A stretch of DNA of 64,000 nt, from assembly GCA_965215125.1 (NCBI GenBank), contig OZ244052.1, positions 2,112,001-2,176,000 on the forward strand, in the 5' to 3' direction. Positions 27,001 through 30,000 of this stretch are shown piece by piece. Origin of the DNA: an uncultured candidatus Porisulfidus sp. (lineage in GTDB: Bacteria > Pseudomonadota > Gammaproteobacteria > Poriferisulfidales > Oxydemutatoraceae). The notes under the pieces are model-generated. The model was not told where the DNA came from. It worked only from the letters and a program-made list of their open reading frames with translations, and did no database searches. Numbering within the stretch: position 1 is the first letter of the stretch; each line of letters starts with the position of its first letter. The translations under genes were made by a program, and so were the position numbers.

Positions 27001-30000
27001 ATCGAGTTTTTGCTGACCTCTCCCGACCGACGAAGCACCGCCTCACATATCGTAAAAGTATGGCGTAGATATAGCAGTCGGTTGAAGAATTTATCCGTAG
27101 TTGGCATGCAGCCGTCGATATTTAATCCCGAAAGATTGGAATATTTTGTGTCTATACCCAATCATTGGGAGGCTTTAAATTTGAACTTTGAAACGAACGA
27201 AAGGGCAACGCTTTTCGTACAAGGTGCGAGCATATCGGGAGGATCAACCGTTGCCACTAATCTTAGAATCGGTAGAAATACCGTTCCGATCAGGGTGACG
27301 GCACCGCGTGAACAGGATACTATTTACACGATTATCGTCATGCGTCGATACAATTTGGATTTGCGCAGTTTGAGTCTGACCGATTTGCAGATGACCCCGG
27401 TCGCGTTGTCGCCGGCATTTGCTTCTACAAGACACACTTATACCGCAGTAGTCGCCGCTGAAACATCGCGGGTTACGGTGACATTCGCAACCGACTTGGA
27501 GCTAAGATCCTCGGTCAAGGCACCCGGCCCGGTAACCGTCAACGAAAAAACGATACAAAATAATGATCCCGACGATCGGATAGAGAAAACTACATCGATA
27601 CCGCTGAGCTTCGGTGAAAATACTATAGTAATCGAGACATCGGCATTAGGACAACGACAGGCTACCACACTTACGGTTACTCGTCTTAGAAGTAGTAATG
27701 CCGAATTACGGAGCTTGCAACTACGAGATACGGAAAACACCGACTTGCTTGCAGGAGTTTTTGCTACCGATACGCTAAGCTACGATATTGATGTTGCCAA
27801 CGATAACAATTTCATCGCCTTGATACTGGGGCCGCAGGACGATAATGTTTCCGGTATTACTTGGAACGGTGTGCCGTTGAGTTTAAGTGGGCTAAAAACC
27901 ACAGGCCTTGTTACCAGTCCGTCGCGTCGCTTGGCGATAGGCGAGAATGAAATAAAATTGAAAATAATCGCACACAACGAGATGAGCTCGCAGACTTATA
28001 CACTTAGAATCGATCGTGCGCCGAGTTCCAATGCCAGATTAGATAGTTTTCAAATCACGCCGTTTTCCGAGGGCGTTCCCAACCCTCCGGTGTCTCCGCA
28101 GAATTTTAATGCCGAAACACTATCGTACACCTTGCCCAAGCAGGAAAACGAGATAAATTGCATTACGGTGACCCCGGTGGCGGTGGATGACGAAGCAACC
28201 CTTGAAATTACTAAAAACGGAGATATCCCCGAAACGGATTACTTTGCCGGCAAGAACAATCGCGAGTCGAGCGGCTGTATAGATTTGAACATAGGGGAAA
28301 ATACGATCGTAATCCAAGTGACCGCATCCGATAAAACAACGGTTCGCCCCTATACGATAAGCATAGCCCGCAAGGCGAGTTCCAATACCGATTTGAGCGC
28401 ACCCCCGACGGTTTCGGGGACTACGGCAACCAGAGTTATCGGAACCGATAACTATACTGCGATGCTCGACAGAAATACAACGAGTTTTTCGGTATCGGTG
28501 GCAACCGCTCATCCGAACGCAACGGTGTTGATTAGAACCACCGACAACGACGAGGCGGGTCCCAGCCGAACTGCGTCCATAGATAGCATTCCTATAAGCG
28601 TTGCCGAACCGGTGCAAGAGATTACTATTATTGTGACGGCACAGGACGGCACACCCAAAGAATACACACTGACCGTTAGGCTGATACTGAACATGGATGC
28701 GAGTTTGGAGCGTATAACCGTAGCCGGTACTCCTGCAGTTAGGCAAGCCGATGGAACTTATACCGCGACTGTAGGCGATAATGTGGCGAATGTTTCGGTG
28801 ACCGCAGTTGCGAGAGATTCACTTGCAACGGTAGAGATTAAAGAAGTTGGCACTACGCCCACGAGCGGAACGAGGTCGGCGACGAAGCGTGTTAGCCTAG
28901 CCGAGACCGGAGACAGTAAAACCATAGAAATTGAAGTGACTGCGCAAGATGTCAGGATCGTTGAAAATTATCCTTTGACTATCACTCGCGCAGAAAGTAG
29001 CAATGATTGTTTGGAGGCTTTGGCGATTCTAAACAGCGCAGATAATAGTCGTGCGGCGGGTAGAACCCTCGGCAGCTGCAACGATACAAAGCAATCTTTT
29101 AATATAGCCAATTCGGTGGCACGGATACTGATCCAAGCGACTGCGGAAAACAATAGGGCGAATATCACGGTACGTGTGCCGGGCGACACCGCCGGTGAAC
29201 AGGTTTCAAGCGGTGAGAACAGTACTAAAGCTGTAGCCGTACCCGAAGGCGGCACGACGACGATTACGGCTGTGGTGACTGCCCAAAACGGTGCAACCAG
29301 CCGAACCTATACCGTGGCGGTGAAACGCGCCGCAAGTTCCGATACCGATTTGAAAAATTTGCAGGTGTTGGCAAACAATGTAAACCAGCTAACAACTTTC
29401 AGTAGTGAAAAAGAGACCCACGATGTAGATGTTTCTAATGCAATTACTCGTGCGACGGTAATTATTGAGACTCACTCACAGGCGAAGATTAAACTGAATA
29501 TAGACGGTGCGGAAGATATTGCTACCGGCACCGGTATGATTAGTACCGAATTTGAGTTGAAAGGCACCGGGACGACAAATCGTATTCGGGTTCGTATCGT
29601 GATAACCCCTCAAGATGAAAGTACTACCCGAGGCTACACCGTGTTCGTGACACGCGCCGACCCGGATAGCACGAATGCAGACTTAGGAACGATCGGGTTT
29701 GAGGTAGATAGAGACCAAGATGGCACTTATACGCCGCTGCCGGTGACAGTGACTGCCCCCGAAGAGGAGGGCAGCACAACCTATTCTGCACTTATCAGAG
29801 GAATAGCGGGGCTCGAAGTTCAGAATATAATTCGCATTAGGGTATCGCCGCGAGCTTTCGACGGTGCCGCAACGGTCAGTATAAACGGGGGGACGGCAGT
29901 GTCTGCGCCGAGCCTGAATTTGATGCTTGACGCGGCGTTGGATCAGGAGGAAGAGGCTATATCTATCAAAGTCATTGCCGAGAACCCCACGACATCTAGA